This document shows positions 32,933 through 44,278 of a stretch of DNA of 64,000 nucleotides, one piece after another. How positions within the stretch are numbered: the stretch's first letter is position 1; each line of letters begins with the position of its first letter. The DNA comes from an uncultured delta proteobacterium (lineage in GTDB: Bacteria; Myxococcota; Myxococcia; Myxococcales; Myxococcaceae): contig CAVYSY010000051.1 of the NCBI GenBank assembly GCA_963771175.1, forward strand, positions 1-64,000, written 5' to 3'. The position numbers were made by a program, and so were the translations under genes. A model generated the notes under the pieces. The model saw only the letters and a list, made by a program, of their open reading frames with translations, was not told the DNA's origin and did not search any database.

Positions 32933-34767
32933 CCCCGTCCGCTCCCCCTCCATCCTCTCGCAGCAAGACCGACTACACCCTCTCGTTCGTGCTCGAGGCG
33001 CTCGTCTCTCAGCGGGTGCTCACCGCCGAGCAGGCGCAGAACATCCTCGCCCGCGAGCAGGCCGCCCGCGCCCGGGTCCTCAAGAACCAGGGCGTGGTGG
33101 GCAAGGACGCGGCGCGCTACGAGGTGTCCCCGGTGGAGATCGTGGCCGCCTTCCAGGTGCCCCTGGCGGACGGCCGCGGGACGCTTGACGAAGATCGCAT
33201 CTCCGAGATGGCCGCCCGGGCCGCGGGCATCAACTACAAGAAGGTCGATCCGCTCAAGCTGGACATGGCGCTGGCCACCCGCACCGTGTCCCGCCCCTTC
33301 GCGCAGAAGCACGTCATCCTGCCCCTGGAGCGTGGCCAGGACGGCCGGCTGGTGGTGGCGGTGGCCAACCCCTTCGACAAGGAGCTTTTCGAGGGGCTGC
33401 ACGTGCTCACCGGCATGCCCATCGAGCCGGTGCTCGCGTCGAAGGTGGACATCCTCAAGGCCATCGCGGACATCTACGGCTTCAAGCGCACGCTGGCGCG
33501 CGCCGCGGATGACTTCACCAACAACCCCAGCAACTCGCCGCAGATCGGCAACTTCGAGCAGCTCGTCTCGCTCAGCGGTCGCCAGGAGCTGGACGCGGCG
33601 GATCAGCCGGTGGTGCAGGCGGTGGACTACCTGATGCGCTACGCCTTCGACAACCGCGCCTCGGACATCCACGTCGAGCCCAAGCGCACCACCTCGCTGG
33701 TGCGCCTGCGCATCGACGGCGTGCTGCACCCCGTGTACACGCTGCCGGCGGGCGTGCACGCGCCCATCATCTCGCGCATCAAGACGCTCTCGCGCATGGA
33801 CATCTCCGAGAAGCGCAAGCCGCAGGACGGTCGCATCAAGACCGAGCGAGATGGTCGCGAGGTGGAGCTCCGTGTCTCCACGCTGCCCACCGCCTTCGGA
33901 GAGAAGGTGGTCATCCGTGTCTTCGATCCGGAGACGCTGGTGCAGGACATCGCCCAGCTCGGGTTCGATCCGGAGGAGAAGAGCGTCTTCGAGACCTGGA
34001 TCGACCAGCCCCACGGGCTCATTCTCGTCACCGGCCCCACGGGCAGCGGCAAGACGACCACGCTCTACTCGGCGCTCAAGGCGGTGGCCGGCCCGGACGT
34101 GAACGTCACCACCATCGAGGACCCCATCGAGATGGTGTGGGACGGCTTCAACCAGGTGCAGGTGCAGCCCAAGGTGGGGCTCGACTTCGCCGGGGCGCTG
34201 CGCCACATCCTCCGCCAGGATCCGGACGTCATCATGGTGGGTGAGATCCGAGACTCGGAGACAGCGGAGAACGCCATCCAGGCCGCGCTCACGGGCCACC
34301 TGGTGCTCTCCACGCTGCACACCAACGACTCCATCGGCGCGGTGGCGCGCTTGAAGGATTTGGGAGTGCCGCCCTTCCTGCTGGCGCAGAGCCTCATCGG
34401 CATCATGGCCCAGCGCCTGCTGCGGCGGGTGTGCCCGCACTGCGCGCAGCCGACGACGCTCACGCCGGACGAGCTGAACCTGTTGGGTGCGCCCCTCCCG
34501 CTGCTGCCGGGCGGAGTGCGCATCTCCAAGGGCGCCGGGTGCCCCCGCTGCCGTGGCACCGGTTACTGGGGCCGCACGGGCGCCTTCGAGATCGTCAACA
34601 TGGGCAACGAGCTCCGGGAGCACATCTCCCGAGGCTCGAGCCACGACGTCATGGTCGACGCGGCGCGTCGGGGCGGCACGCGTACCCTGCGCGAGGCGGC
34701 GGTGCGCAAGCTGGCCATGGGCCTCACCTCGTTCGACGAGGTGGTGCGCATGACGTCCGTGGCGTGA
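32929..34767 (+). CDS. GspE/PilB-family secretion ATPase
   Basis: ASDIHVEP, RIDGVL, PQDGR, GPTGSGKTTTLY, LRQDPDVIMVGEIRD, TGHLVLSTLH, CPHC/CPRC. Confidence 0.93.
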   Translation: MTPSAPPPSSRSKTDYTLSFVLEALVSQRVLTAEQAQNILAREQAARARVLKNQGVVGKDAARYEVSPVEIVAAFQVPLADGRGTLDEDRISEMAARAAGINYKKVDPLKLDMALATRTVSRPFAQKHVILPLERGQDGRLVVAVANPFDKELFEGLHVLTGMPIEPVLASKVDILKAIADIYGFKRTLARAADDFTNNPSNSPQIGNFEQLVSLSGRQELDAADQPVVQAVDYLMRYAFDNRASDIHVEPKRTTSLVRLRIDGVLHPVYTLPAGVHAPIISRIKTLSRMDISEKRKPQDGRIKTERDGREVELRVSTLPTAFGEKVVIRVFDPETLVQDIAQLGFDPEEKSVFETWIDQPHGLILVTGPTGSGKTTTLYSALKAVAGPDVNVTTIEDPIEMVWDGFNQVQVQPKVGLDFAGALRHILRQDPDVIMVGEIRDSETAENAIQAALTGHLVLSTLHTNDSIGAVARLKDLGVPPFLLAQSLIGIMAQRLLRRVCPHCAQPTTLTPDELNLLGAPLPLLPGGVRISKGAGCPRCRGTGYWGRTGAFEIVNMGNELREHISRGSSHDVMVDAARRGGTRTLREAAVRKLAMGLTSFDEVVRMTSVA

Positions 34768-34918
34768 GCCCCACGGGAGCGGACCGGTGCGGCGGGCGGG
34801 CGCCCGGTCCGTTCTCTGTCGGGTAACCCTCGGAAGGGGGGCAGGGGGATTTCCGGAATACTGGCATGGCCGTGAGGGTACGCTCTGGATGCGCGGCACT
34901 CTTCACGCGAGGAGGGCC

Positions 34919-36491
34919 ATGTCGGGAGGACAGACCGGAATGACACGACGCGACTTCGTCGGCTACGGCACGATGGCGGGAGAGGGCGAGCTGTTGAGCG
35001 GCGGTGCGGCGTCGCAGCGTGCGGGCCCGGGTGGGCTGGGAGGTGGCTCGGGCGGCTCGTCGAATCCGATCGGCTACTTCGCCCGCTTCGGCGTCGACGA
35101 GAAGCTGATCCGGGAGACGCTCGCCGCCGCCCTGTCACGGGGCGGCGACTACGCCGACCTCTTCTTCCAGCACCGCGTCTCCACCACCATGGCGCTCGAG
35201 GACGGCGCGGTGAACAGGGCCTTCACCACCGTCGAGCTCGGCGTGGGCGTGCGCGTCGTCAAGGGCGACCAGACGGGCTACGCCTTCACCGAGGAGCTCA
35301 CGCTCGAGGCGATGCGCAGCGCCGCCCGGACGGCCGCGGCGATCGCCGACGGTCCCTCGCACCCGGGCCCCCAGCGCTTCCACGTCTTCAAGGATCTGCC
35401 CCAGCGCTACGTGCTCAAGGCCGGCTGGGATGCCGTGCGCCCCGAGCAGAAGCTGCCGATCCTCGAGGGGCTGAACGCGGCGGCGTTCAAGGCGGACCCG
35501 CGCATCGTCAAGGCGAGCGTCACGTTCTCCGACGAGCACGGCGCCGTCCTGGTCGCCGACAGCAATGGGCGGCTCGTCGAGGACATCCAGCCCATGACGA
35601 ACCTCTACCTCTCGTGCGTCGCCGAGCAGAACGGCCGGCGCGAGCAGAACATGTACGGCGTCGCGGGCCGCGCCGGGCTTCGAGTTCTACTCGCCCGAGC
35701 GGCTCGAGCGCATCGTGCGCGAGGCGGTCAGCCGCACCACCATCCTCTTCGAGGCGGTCGCAGCCGCCGGCCGGCGAGATGCCGGTGGTGCTCGCGGCGG
35801 GCTCGTCGGGCATCCTGCTGCACGAGGCGATCGGCCACGGCATGGAGGCCGACTTCAACCGCAAGGGCACGTCCATCTACGCCGACAAGATCGGCAAGCC
35901 GGTCGCGCAAGCCCTTCGTGAACATCGTCGACGACGGGACGCAACGAGTACGCGCGCGGCGCCATCAACGTGGACGACGAGGGCAACGTGGCCGGGCAAG
36001 ACGATGCTCGTGGAGAACGGCGTCCTCACCACGTACCTGCACGACTCCATCTCGGCGAAGCACTACAAGGTGAAGCCCACCGGCAACGGCCGGCGCGAGA
36101 GCTACCGGTACGCGCCGATGCCGCGCATGCGCTCGACCTACATGCTGCCCGGGCCCGCACAAGCGGGAGGAGATCATCGCCTCGGTGAAGAAGGGCATCT
36201 ACTGCTCGAACTTCACGAACGGCCAGGTGCAACATCGGCGCCGGCGACTTCACCTTCTACGTGAAGAACGGCTACCTCATCGAGGACGGCAAGCTGACGC
36301 GGCCGATCAAGGACGTGAACATCATCGGCAACGGGCCCAAGGTGCTCGAGAAGGTGGACATGGTGGCCGACGACCTCGTCATCGACGAGGGCGGCTGGAC
36401 GTGCGGCAAGGACGGCCAGGGCGTGCCGGTGTCCCAGGGCATGCCCACGGTCCGCGTCGCTTCCATCACCGTCGGCGGGCGCAATGCCTGA
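34919..36491 (+). CDS. tldD: TldD metalloprotease (frameshifted; twin-arginine N-terminus)
   Basis: GGDYADLF, LLHEAIGHGMEAD, TGNGRRESY...PMPRM, CGKDGQGVPV. Confidence 0.9.
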
Positions 36492-36502
36492 GGAGGACAT
36501 CC

Positions 36503-37842
36503 ATGAGCACGACGAAGCCCACGACGAACCTGGGAGAGGTCGCCGTCAGGCGGTGGACCTGGCGCGCCAGAAGGGTGCTTCCGAGGCGGCGGCCACCGCC
36601 AGCCGCACCCGCGAGGTCGAGGTGCAGTGGCGCGACGGCAAGCTGGAGAAGGTCTACGAGGCCACCACTCGCGGCCTGGGGCTGCAGCTCTACGTCGACG
36701 GGCGCTACTCCGCGGTGTCGACGAGCGACCTGCGCCCGGAGGCGCTCGACACGTTCATCGCCGACGCCATCGCGATGACGCGCGCCCTGGCGCGGGACGA
36801 GTTCCGCAAGCTGCCCGAGCCCGAGCTCTACGCGGGGCGCGAGCAGGTGGACCTGATGATCGAGGACCCGCGCCAGTCGACGCTCACCGCCGATGAGCGC
36901 CAGCGCTTCGCCCGGGAGCTCGAGGCGGGCGCCCGCGCGGCCGATACGAAGGGCGTCATCCTGTCCGTCACCACCGGCTTCGGCGACACCCATCGGGAGA
37001 CGTACCGCGTCAGCTCGAACGGCTTCGAGGGCGGGCTGCGTGGGACAGTGTTCTTCGCCTCCGCCGAGGTGAGCGCCCAGGACTCGGACGGGCGCAGGCC
37101 GGAGGAGAGTGACTTCGCCGTCGCGCGCTTCCTCGAGGACCTGCCCGACGCGGCCACCCTGGGCCGCCGAGCCGGGGAGCGCGCTTTCGGGCGGCTCGGC
37201 TCGACGAAGGGCGCTTCGGCCGTGCTTCCCATGGCGGTCGACAACCGGGCCGCGGGCCGGCTCGTGTCGATGCTCCTCGGACCCATGACGGGCGCGGCGA
37301 TTCAGCAGAAGCGCTCGTTCCTCGACGGGAAGCTCGGCCAGGGCGTGGGGAGCGAGCGGCTGACGATCTCGGACGAGCCGCACCTCAAGCGGGGGCTCGG
37401 CTCGCGCCTGTTCGACAATGAGGGCCTCACGGCCCGGTCGCTGCCGCTCTTCGAGGGGGGCGTCCTGCGCGCCTGCTTCATCGACAGCTACTACGGCCGG
37501 AAGCTGAAGGCGCGCCCGACGACGGGCAACCCGTCGAACCTCTCGTGGAAGCTCGGGGACAAGTCGCAGGCCGCGCTCCTGGCGGACATGAAGGAGGGCA
37601 TCCTCGTGACGGGTTTCCTCGGCGGCAACTCCAACCCCGTCACGGGGGACTTCTCCCTCGGCGTCCAGGGGTTCCGCGTGCGCGGCGGGAAGCTCGCCGA
37701 GCCCGTGGGCGAGATGAACATCTCGGGCAACCAGTTCGATCTGTGGAAGCGGCTGGTGGCCGTGGGCAATGATCCCTTCGCCCACAGCGCCCTCCGCACC
37801 CCGACGCTCGTCTTCGAGGGCGTGCAGTTCGCGGGCGTGTAG
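36503..37842 (+). CDS. pmbA: PmbA/TldE partner (frameshift near the start)
   Basis: SRLFDNEG, NPVTGDFSLG, PVGEMNISGN; follows tldD. Confidence 0.88.
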
Positions 37843-37915
37843 CCCGTCACCCTCTGGCGTCGGACCGCTCCTCCTCCCTGGCAATGCTGGCCGGGGAGGG
37901 GAGCTCCGCCAGGTA

Positions 37916-38287
37916 CTACGCGGGCTCGATGAAGTTCAGCCGGTACCCGTCGGGATCCGTGACGATGATCTCCTTGGTGAACCACGGCTGGACGGTCGGC
38001 CCATCGACGCTCGCGCCGTGCGCCTGGGCCCGAGTGGCCACCTCGTCCACGCCCACGGCGCCGATGCGGAATCCCATCAGCACGCCCATGCCGCGCCGGC
38101 CCTCCAGCGGCAGCGCCGCGGGCTGGGTGACCAGATAGACCTCCGCTTGACCTTCCCACTGCAGGCGGATGAAGGGCGGCTCGGCCGACACACGCTTGAA
38201 CCCGAGCGCCTCGTAGAACCGCGCCGAGCGCTCGGTGTCCGACACGAGCAACTTCACGAAGGACGACATCAGCGGAGCGCTATCCAT
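37916..38287 (-). CDS. VOC/glyoxalase-family protein
   Basis: VSDTERSARFYEALGF...PTVQPW...DPDGY. Confidence 0.88.
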   Translation of the reverse strand: MDSAPLMSSFVKLLVSDTERSARFYEALGFKRVSAEPPFIRLQWEGQAEVYLVTQPAALPLEGRRGMGVLMGFRIGAVGVDEVATRAQAHGASVDGPTVQPWFTKEIIVTDPDGYRLNFIEPA

Positions 38288-38295
38288 GGGGGAGG

Positions 38296-39831
38296 CTAGA
38301 AGCGCGCCTGCATCAGCAGGTTGAAGCCCAGGGCGTTGGGCTTCTCGAAGCTGGGCTGCGCGACGCCGAAGACGTCGTCCCGGAACGTCGTCCGGTTGGT
38401 GTCGTAGGTGTAATAGACCTCACCCAGCGCGGAGACGCTCTCGGAGAGGTCCCACCGGAAGGTGCCCTTCGCCGAGATGATGGGCTCGGCCTCGCAGATG
38501 TCGTTGTTGGCGCCGCACGTGGTGGGCAGGATGCTCAGCACGTTGACGTCACGCACCACCACCGTGCGCGTGCCCGTGAGCCCCGGCGGCGGGTTGTTGC
38601 CACCGAAGAGCGGCTCGGGGCTGCGGAACGTCGCCGGCTGCTGCACGCCGAGGATGAAGCCCGGGGTGAAGTGCCACGCGGGGATGTGGTAGTCCGCGCC
38701 CGCGGCGATGAACATCTCCGGCTTCAGCTCCGTGCCGTCCGGGAAGTCGTTGAAGGGCGGCAGGCCGGGCACGTCGAACTGGATGAAGGACAGGCTGCGG
38801 TACAGGCCCAGCACGTGGAAGCGCCAGTAGTCCAGCTTGGCGCGAGCCTGCAGCGCCACCGCCGTGGCCTCCTGCGGCACCGTCCGGCCGAACACGTCCG
38901 GATCCGACAGCGTCTGCACCAGGTAGCTGCCCTCGAGCGACACCGAGTAGGCGAGCCCGCCCGGGTACTGCTCCGGGGTGAAGAAGCGCTGGTACATGTC
39001 CGGATCGTTCTTGTAGAGCCGGAAGTCCACGCTGGTGCCCACCGGCACGCCCACATGGTAGACGGCCTGCGCGGACACGCCCGCCGAGTTCACCGGCGCC
39101 TCCACGCCCAGCGCCGCCAGTCCGGGGACGATGCCCTTCTGGAAGTAGCCGCCGCCGGCCTCCAGGCGCAGCGTCTCCAGCGGATCCCACCCGGCGCCGG
39201 CCATGAAGCCGTAGAGCGTCTCCTGCTCGCGGATGAGGTCGTTGAGCACCAGCGCCGTCTTGGCGCCCGCGTACGCGTACCACTTGTCGCGAGTAATCTG
39301 CAGCTTGGCGCCCGGCACGCCCGCCGCGGTGGCGCGGTTGGTGAAGATGCCGCTGCCGCCCCACGAGATGCGGTAGGCGTAGCCCAGCCGGAAGCGGTCC
39401 GCGGAGACCGGGAAGCCGGTGAGGGACAGGCCCTCGTTCTCACCCCAGCCCGCGGGCCGGTAGTTGAGGCGGATGTAGCTGGAGTTGTCCCGCAGGTCGA
39501 TGCCACCCGAGGGCCGCTCCAGCATCAACACGGTGAGGGCCGCCTCGGTGGTGAGGCCCTCGAAGAACGCCGGCATCCGCTTGTAGAGGACGATGTTGGA
39601 CAGCGTCTCGAAGCCGGAGAACCTGGTGTTGAAGTTGTCGTAGAACTGGGTGTTCTGGTTGCCCGCGCCGAACCGGGCGGTGGGGCTGTTGGGGGTCGTC
39701 TCACCCGCGTTCGCGAAGATGTTGTCGTCCGCGAAGACGAAGGACAGGCGGGTATCGACGAAGTCTCCGGCCCAGGCGGGCGTGGAGAGGGTGATGAGCC
39801 CGGTCAGGGCCAGCGTGCGCAACGTTCTCAA
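38296..39831 (-). CDS. Secreted putative outer-membrane beta-barrel protein
   Basis: Signal peptide ending AWA; alternating aromatic/Gly beta strands; C-terminal ...LLMQARF. Confidence 0.65.
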   Translation of the reverse strand: MRTLRTLALTGLITLSTPAWAGDFVDTRLSFVFADDNIFANAGETTPNSPTARFGAGNQNTQFYDNFNTRFSGFETLSNIVLYKRMPAFFEGLTTEAALTVLMLERPSGGIDLRDNSSYIRLNYRPAGWGENEGLSLTGFPVSADRFRLGYAYRISWGGSGIFTNRATAAGVPGAKLQITRDKWYAYAGAKTALVLNDLIREQETLYGFMAGAGWDPLETLRLEAGGGYFQKGIVPGLAALGVEAPVNSAGVSAQAVYHVGVPVGTSVDFRLYKNDPDMYQRFFTPEQYPGGLAYSVSLEGSYLVQTLSDPDVFGRTVPQEATAVALQARAKLDYWRFHVLGLYRSLSFIQFDVPGLPPFNDFPDGTELKPEMFIAAGADYHIPAWHFTPGFILGVQQPATFRSPEPLFGGNNPPPGLTGTRTVVVRDVNVLSILPTTCGANNDICEAEPIISAKGTFRWDLSESVSALGEVYYTYDTNRTTFRDDVFGVAQPSFEKPNALGFNLLMQARF

Positions 39832-39914
39832 TATCCCTCCAAGGGGCCACGGCGGGGCCGCGCCTCCAGGCGCCCCGTGGGAGCGGGGCGCTTGCGTCTT
39901 CTACGGAAACGACT

Positions 39915-41906
39915 TCACTGACAAGGCTTGATGGGACGCGGGCACTGATTGTCCGGTCCCGGGTGGCAACAGAGGTCGTCCACGTCGCGTGGGGTGACCA
40001 TCCAGCGCGGCCGGGCCGCCTGGATCTGCTTCAGGTGGCCCACCACGTCGAAGGTGGCCTGGCGCATCAGGCGGCACTGCTGGGCGCGATCCGCGTCCGA
40101 GTCGTTCTCGTCGCAGTCCACGCGCAGCTCCGGCACGGCTTCCCTCGTCGAGAGGAGCATGCGGGTGCCGGGGTTGCGCGCCACGAAGCACTTCGGGGCG
40201 GGCGTTGGAGTCGGCGACGGGAGCTGTTTCGCCAGGAAGGCCACGAAGCCCTCGCCCGCGCGGACGATGACGTCCTTGCGCGTCTTGGCCGGCAGCAGCA
40301 TGTCCGCGTTGGTGGCGGCGACCGCGTCCGTGGCGCCGAAGCGCACGTACGTGTCGAGCTCGCACCAGATGCTCACGGGCGCGCCCTCCTCGTAGTCCGA
40401 CCCGGTGGTGGTCGAGGCGGTATCGGAGAGGATGACCTCCTGCGTGCGCTGCTCCAGCGCGTCATCCAGACCGGCCTCGCGCGGACCCGGGCCGGCCAGC
40501 TCGATCACGAACTGGCCGAAGCCGGTGTAGTTGGTGCGCTCGGAGCAGACGGTGTTCTGGTAGGCCCCGGAGCCGGTGGTGCAGTCGATGTTGCACTGGA
40601 CCTCGCTCATGTCCGGCGGAGCGCTGCCGCAGAAGGTCCACGCGCCTCTCGAGTTGCAGAAGGAGGTCACCTGACCATTGCCGTCGGTGTCGCAGCTCGT
40701 GAAGACCTGGGGGAAGCGCACGTGGCGCACCTTCACGAGCCCCGACTCCAGGCTCTCCAGCTTCATGTTGTCCGTGTAGTAGCCACAGAGCTTGTCGACG
40801 CCGCCGGGCGACAGGTTGTCCGCCAGCCCGCAGTGGCGCAGGTTCAGCTCCACGGGCGGGTTGAGGTTCAGGTACTTGTTCCACTGCTCCGGCGGCAGCT
40901 CGCGCACGTGCTCACGCACCGACCAGGAGGGGAAGGTGAGCTGCGTGGTGGAGGAGAACTCCTGGAGGGAGCCGGCCAGCGTCCACAGTAGATCGCCCGG
41001 GTCGAGTCCCTCGGGGAAGTTGTAGTTGTAGATGAACATGGAGCCGAAGGTGCCCGGCAGGTAGCCGCTCGGCTCGGTGGCATCCGGCACGGGGCAGGCC
41101 GTCATGTCCGTGACGTAGAAGCCCGAGGGATCCGTCCCCGTCACCAGCAGCGTCACCGGCTTGGGGGGCAGGACGTCCACGTCGCCATCGTCGTCCACGT
41201 CGATGTCCGGGCAGTTCTGGTACAGCACGGAGCCGGACTCGGGGGCGCGGCCGATGGTGACGAATCGTCCCACGAAGGGCGAGGACCTGTTGTCCGCCAC
41301 CTGAGGCCGCTGGATGGAGGCCAGCGTGGGCTCGGCGAAGAACAGGGGCCCGGAGGCGCCGGCGCTGAAGCTGCGCGAGGCGGGCTCCTTCGGGAGCTGA
41401 TTCGGGTCTCCCGCGAGCTGGCCTCCGACGTAGTTGGGCTCGACGGGCTCGTCCTTCACCCAGACGCGCACCTCGCCATAGAGGTACTGGGCCCGCACCT
41501 TGCCGAGACCCCGACCCTTGGAGAGCGTCGTCCAGTAGTAGGTGTAGTCACCGGCGAGGCTGCCCGGCTCCACCTGGAAGGCCACCGGCCCGCTGAAGTC
41601 GAACGGCTGGCCGTTCTTGTCCAGGGCGGTGATGTCCAGCGTCATCTCCACCGCACCATTGGGGGCGACGTAGCGGCAGTCCTCTGTCCCACGCACGTCG
41701 GCGGGCACCTGCTCGGTCGTGGTGCCGTAGCGCTTGACGCAGTTGGGGATGACCTCGAGCGGCTGCAGGGCGCCGCTGCCATTCACCGCGGAGATGCCTT
41801 GCACCACCACGCGGAACGAGCCCACGCCGGCGGGCAGGGGGTTGTCCACGTCGTAGCAGCCGGACGCGGCGGCGGTCGCGGCCAGGAGGAGCAGTCCCTT
41901 CTTCAT
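39915..41906 (-). CDS. Cys-rich lipoprotein with OB-fold-like motifs
   Basis: Lipobox ASGC; VTGTDPSGFYVTD, ESLESGLVKV, DVDDDGDVD. Confidence 0.75.
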   Translation of the reverse strand: MKKGLLLLAATAAASGCYDVDNPLPAGVGSFRVVVQGISAVNGSGALQPLEVIPNCVKRYGTTTEQVPADVRGTEDCRYVAPNGAVEMTLDITALDKNGQPFDFSGPVAFQVEPGSLAGDYTYYWTTLSKGRGLGKVRAQYLYGEVRVWVKDEPVEPNYVGGQLAGDPNQLPKEPASRSFSAGASGPLFFAEPTLASIQRPQVADNRSSPFVGRFVTIGRAPESGSVLYQNCPDIDVDDDGDVDVLPPKPVTLLVTGTDPSGFYVTDMTACPVPDATEPSGYLPGTFGSMFIYNYNFPEGLDPGDLLWTLAGSLQEFSSTTQLTFPSWSVREHVRELPPEQWNKYLNLNPPVELNLRHCGLADNLSPGGVDKLCGYYTDNMKLESLESGLVKVRHVRFPQVFTSCDTDGNGQVTSFCNSRGAWTFCGSAPPDMSEVQCNIDCTTGSGAYQNTVCSERTNYTGFGQFVIELAGPGPREAGLDDALEQRTQEVILSDTASTTTGSDYEEGAPVSIWCELDTYVRFGATDAVAATNADMLLPAKTRKDVIVRAGEGFVAFLAKQLPSPTPTPAPKCFVARNPGTRMLLSTREAVPELRVDCDENDSDADRAQQCRLMRQATFDVVGHLKQIQAARPRWMVTPRDVDDLCCHPGPDNQCPRPIKPCQ

Positions 41907-44278
41907 TACTTCACCCTCCGGCCGATACGGCCATCCGCGGCGGCGTTGGCGATGGGCATTTCCGTGGGGTTCTCACAGAAGCTCTCGAGCTGCCGGGTGA
42001 CCGAGCCGCACTCCTGGGCACCCGCGAGCGCGTCGCGGCAGTTGCAGCGGCCGGTGTACGGGCCCGAGGGCACGGCGCACGTGGTGCGGATCTCATCCAG
42101 CGTGATGTCCGGCTTGTTGCAGCGCTGGGCCGCGTCGGCGGGCACGTTGAGGAGCTGGCGGCACGTGCAGTCGCCCACCTTGCGCGCCAGCGCGTCCTCG
42201 AACTCCTGGGCCTTGCGGCAGAAGTTGCGCAGCTCGTCGTCCACCACCCACTTGCCGCTCTGCAGCGTGCCGCACTGCTCGCCCGTCTTGGATGCCGTGC
42301 GGCCCGCGTTGATGTCCTCACAGGTGCAGAAACCCTGCATGTAGCCGATGAGCGAGTCGCGCAGGGAGATGCCCGTCTCCTGGCGGGTGGTGTTGCGCTT
42401 GAGGACGCTGAAGCCCGAGCCGCCCTTGGCGATGTAGTCGTTCACCGCCACGCGGTACATGCCGTTGGAGTTGATGGGGTTGCCGTTGATGAAGACGTCC
42501 GTGGCGGTGTGGGCCCAGCAGCGAGCTCCGTCCTGGTCCTGGAGGCACTGCCAGGGCGCGTGGCCCTCGCGGTTCTCCTGGGGGCAGTCCGCGGCGTTCT
42601 TCGCCGGCTCGCACGGAATGCGCAGCTCGTTGAGCTGCACCTGGGCGCAGTCCATGGTGAAGCGCGCGCCGGAGATCTGCGCCTGGCTGAGGCAGCCGCG
42701 GCTGGCGGAGCGATCGGCCACGAAGTCGAGCATCTCCTGAATCTCCACGCCCGAGAGGTTCATGATGTTGATGGTGTTCTCGAACGGGAACACGTTGAAC
42801 ATCGCCTCCTGGGTCACCGTGCCGGCGTAGAGGTTGTCGCGGATGCCGAGCGAGTTGGTGAGGGCCATCTCCGCCTCCACGGCGCGGCGCTTGCGCATGG
42901 AGTCCGCGGTGATGTTGCCCAGCGGCGAGTCACCGCTCGAGGAGGAGTTGTTGCGGCGATCCAGGTCGCGCGGCGCGTAGGAGAAGATGGAGGTGAGCTG
43001 CAGGTTGAAGTCCATGCCCAGCAGGTAGGGCTGGAGCAGGCCCGTGGTGTCGCGGTCCTCCTGCTCCTGGCACTTGCGGATGGCCGCGCGCACGCCCTGG
43101 GCGTTGATGAAGTCGCCCGGGTTCCAGAAGTTGTCCTTGTACCACTTGCGCATGGCGTCGTCGCACCACAGCCCGTCCAGGGGGAAGGGGCGGTAGGAGT
43201 GGCTGACGACCTCGGCGCCATCCAGCGTGCCCTTCTCCTGGGGCACCTTCACCATCACGTCCAGGCGGCCCACGTACTTGGCGAAGGCGCCCGAGTGGAC
43301 CACCAGCACCTTGCGGCCGCTGGGATCGCTGAGCTGCTGCGGCGGGTTGAGCACCACGTGCAGGTGGCCGCCCAGGATGATGTCCAGGCCGGACACGCCG
43401 GGGATGCGCACCTTCACCACCGCCTGGGGGTTGCCCTCCACGGCCGGATCCGCCCACTCGAGCAGCTCCCACCGGTCCTGCTCGCGCTCCAGGTAGGGTT
43501 TCGCGCGCTCGTACTCGTAATAGGCTTCGTAGCCGCGGATGAGATCCTGATCCTCGGTGAGGCCCAGATGACTGACCACCACGACGAGGTCCACCACCGG
43601 GCGCAGCATCTGCACGTAGGCGCGCGCCGCCTCGTTCTGCTCCAGCGGGGTGGCCTGCAGCGAGTTGCCACCCTCCACCAGGGAGTTGAGCGAGGCGAGG
43701 TTGGCCATGCCGATGATGCCCACCTTCAAGCCCTGCACGTTGCGGATGATGTAGGGCGTGGTGTTGAGCGCGGCCTGCTCGTTGCCGGCGTCCTTGGGGC
43801 TGTCCCAGTAGTAGTTGGCCGCCATCAGCGGGAAGCTGGCGAAGTCGCGCGTCTTCTCCACGAAGTTGCGCAGGCCGGCGTCGAACTCGTGGTTGCCGAT
43901 GACGGCCGCGTCCAGCCCCGTCCTGGAGAGGAAGCGGAACTCGGCCTCGCCGCTGTTGAGGTTGAAGATGGGCGCGCCCTGGAAGCAGTCACCCGAGTCC
44001 AGGTGCAGCACGCGCTCGGCGCGCTGGCGCTCGCGCTTGAGGATGGCCGCCATGCGGGTGGCCCCACCGAAGGGGCCCGCCTCGGGGATGAGGCCGAGGT
44101 CCGTGTCCGTCTTCAGCGGCGCGAAGTCGTACGGGATGAGCCGCGAGTGGATGTCCGAGGTGTGCAGCAGCGTGAGCCGGACCTCCTGACCACTCAGGTC
44201 GATGTCCTCTCCCTGCATCACGGGCATGCATGAGGCGGAGAGCAGGGCACACAGGAGGCCGAGCAGGTGACGTCGCAT
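41906..44278 (-). CDS. 5'-nucleotidase / metallophosphoesterase lipoprotein (UshA-like) with Cys-rich inserts
   Basis: Lipobox SASC; HTSDIH, DSGD, GNHEFD, SHLG, GGHLH, NSLGIR, FPFEN, NDYIAKGGSGF. Confidence 0.92.
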   Translation of the reverse strand: MRRHLLGLLCALLSASCMPVMQGEDIDLSGQEVRLTLLHTSDIHSRLIPYDFAPLKTDTDLGLIPEAGPFGGATRMAAILKRERQRAERVLHLDSGDCFQGAPIFNLNSGEAEFRFLSRTGLDAAVIGNHEFDAGLRNFVEKTRDFASFPLMAANYYWDSPKDAGNEQAALNTTPYIIRNVQGLKVGIIGMANLASLNSLVEGGNSLQATPLEQNEAARAYVQMLRPVVDLVVVVSHLGLTEDQDLIRGYEAYYEYERAKPYLEREQDRWELLEWADPAVEGNPQAVVKVRIPGVSGLDIILGGHLHVVLNPPQQLSDPSGRKVLVVHSGAFAKYVGRLDVMVKVPQEKGTLDGAEVVSHSYRPFPLDGLWCDDAMRKWYKDNFWNPGDFINAQGVRAAIRKCQEQEDRDTTGLLQPYLLGMDFNLQLTSIFSYAPRDLDRRNNSSSSGDSPLGNITADSMRKRRAVEAEMALTNSLGIRDNLYAGTVTQEAMFNVFPFENTINIMNLSGVEIQEMLDFVADRSASRGCLSQAQISGARFTMDCAQVQLNELRIPCEPAKNAADCPQENREGHAPWQCLQDQDGARCWAHTATDVFINGNPINSNGMYRVAVNDYIAKGGSGFSVLKRNTTRQETGISLRDSLIGYMQGFCTCEDINAGRTASKTGEQCGTLQSGKWVVDDELRNFCRKAQEFEDALARKVGDCTCRQLLNVPADAAQRCNKPDITLDEIRTTCAVPSGPYTGRCNCRDALAGAQECGSVTRQLESFCENPTEMPIANAAADGRIGRRVK

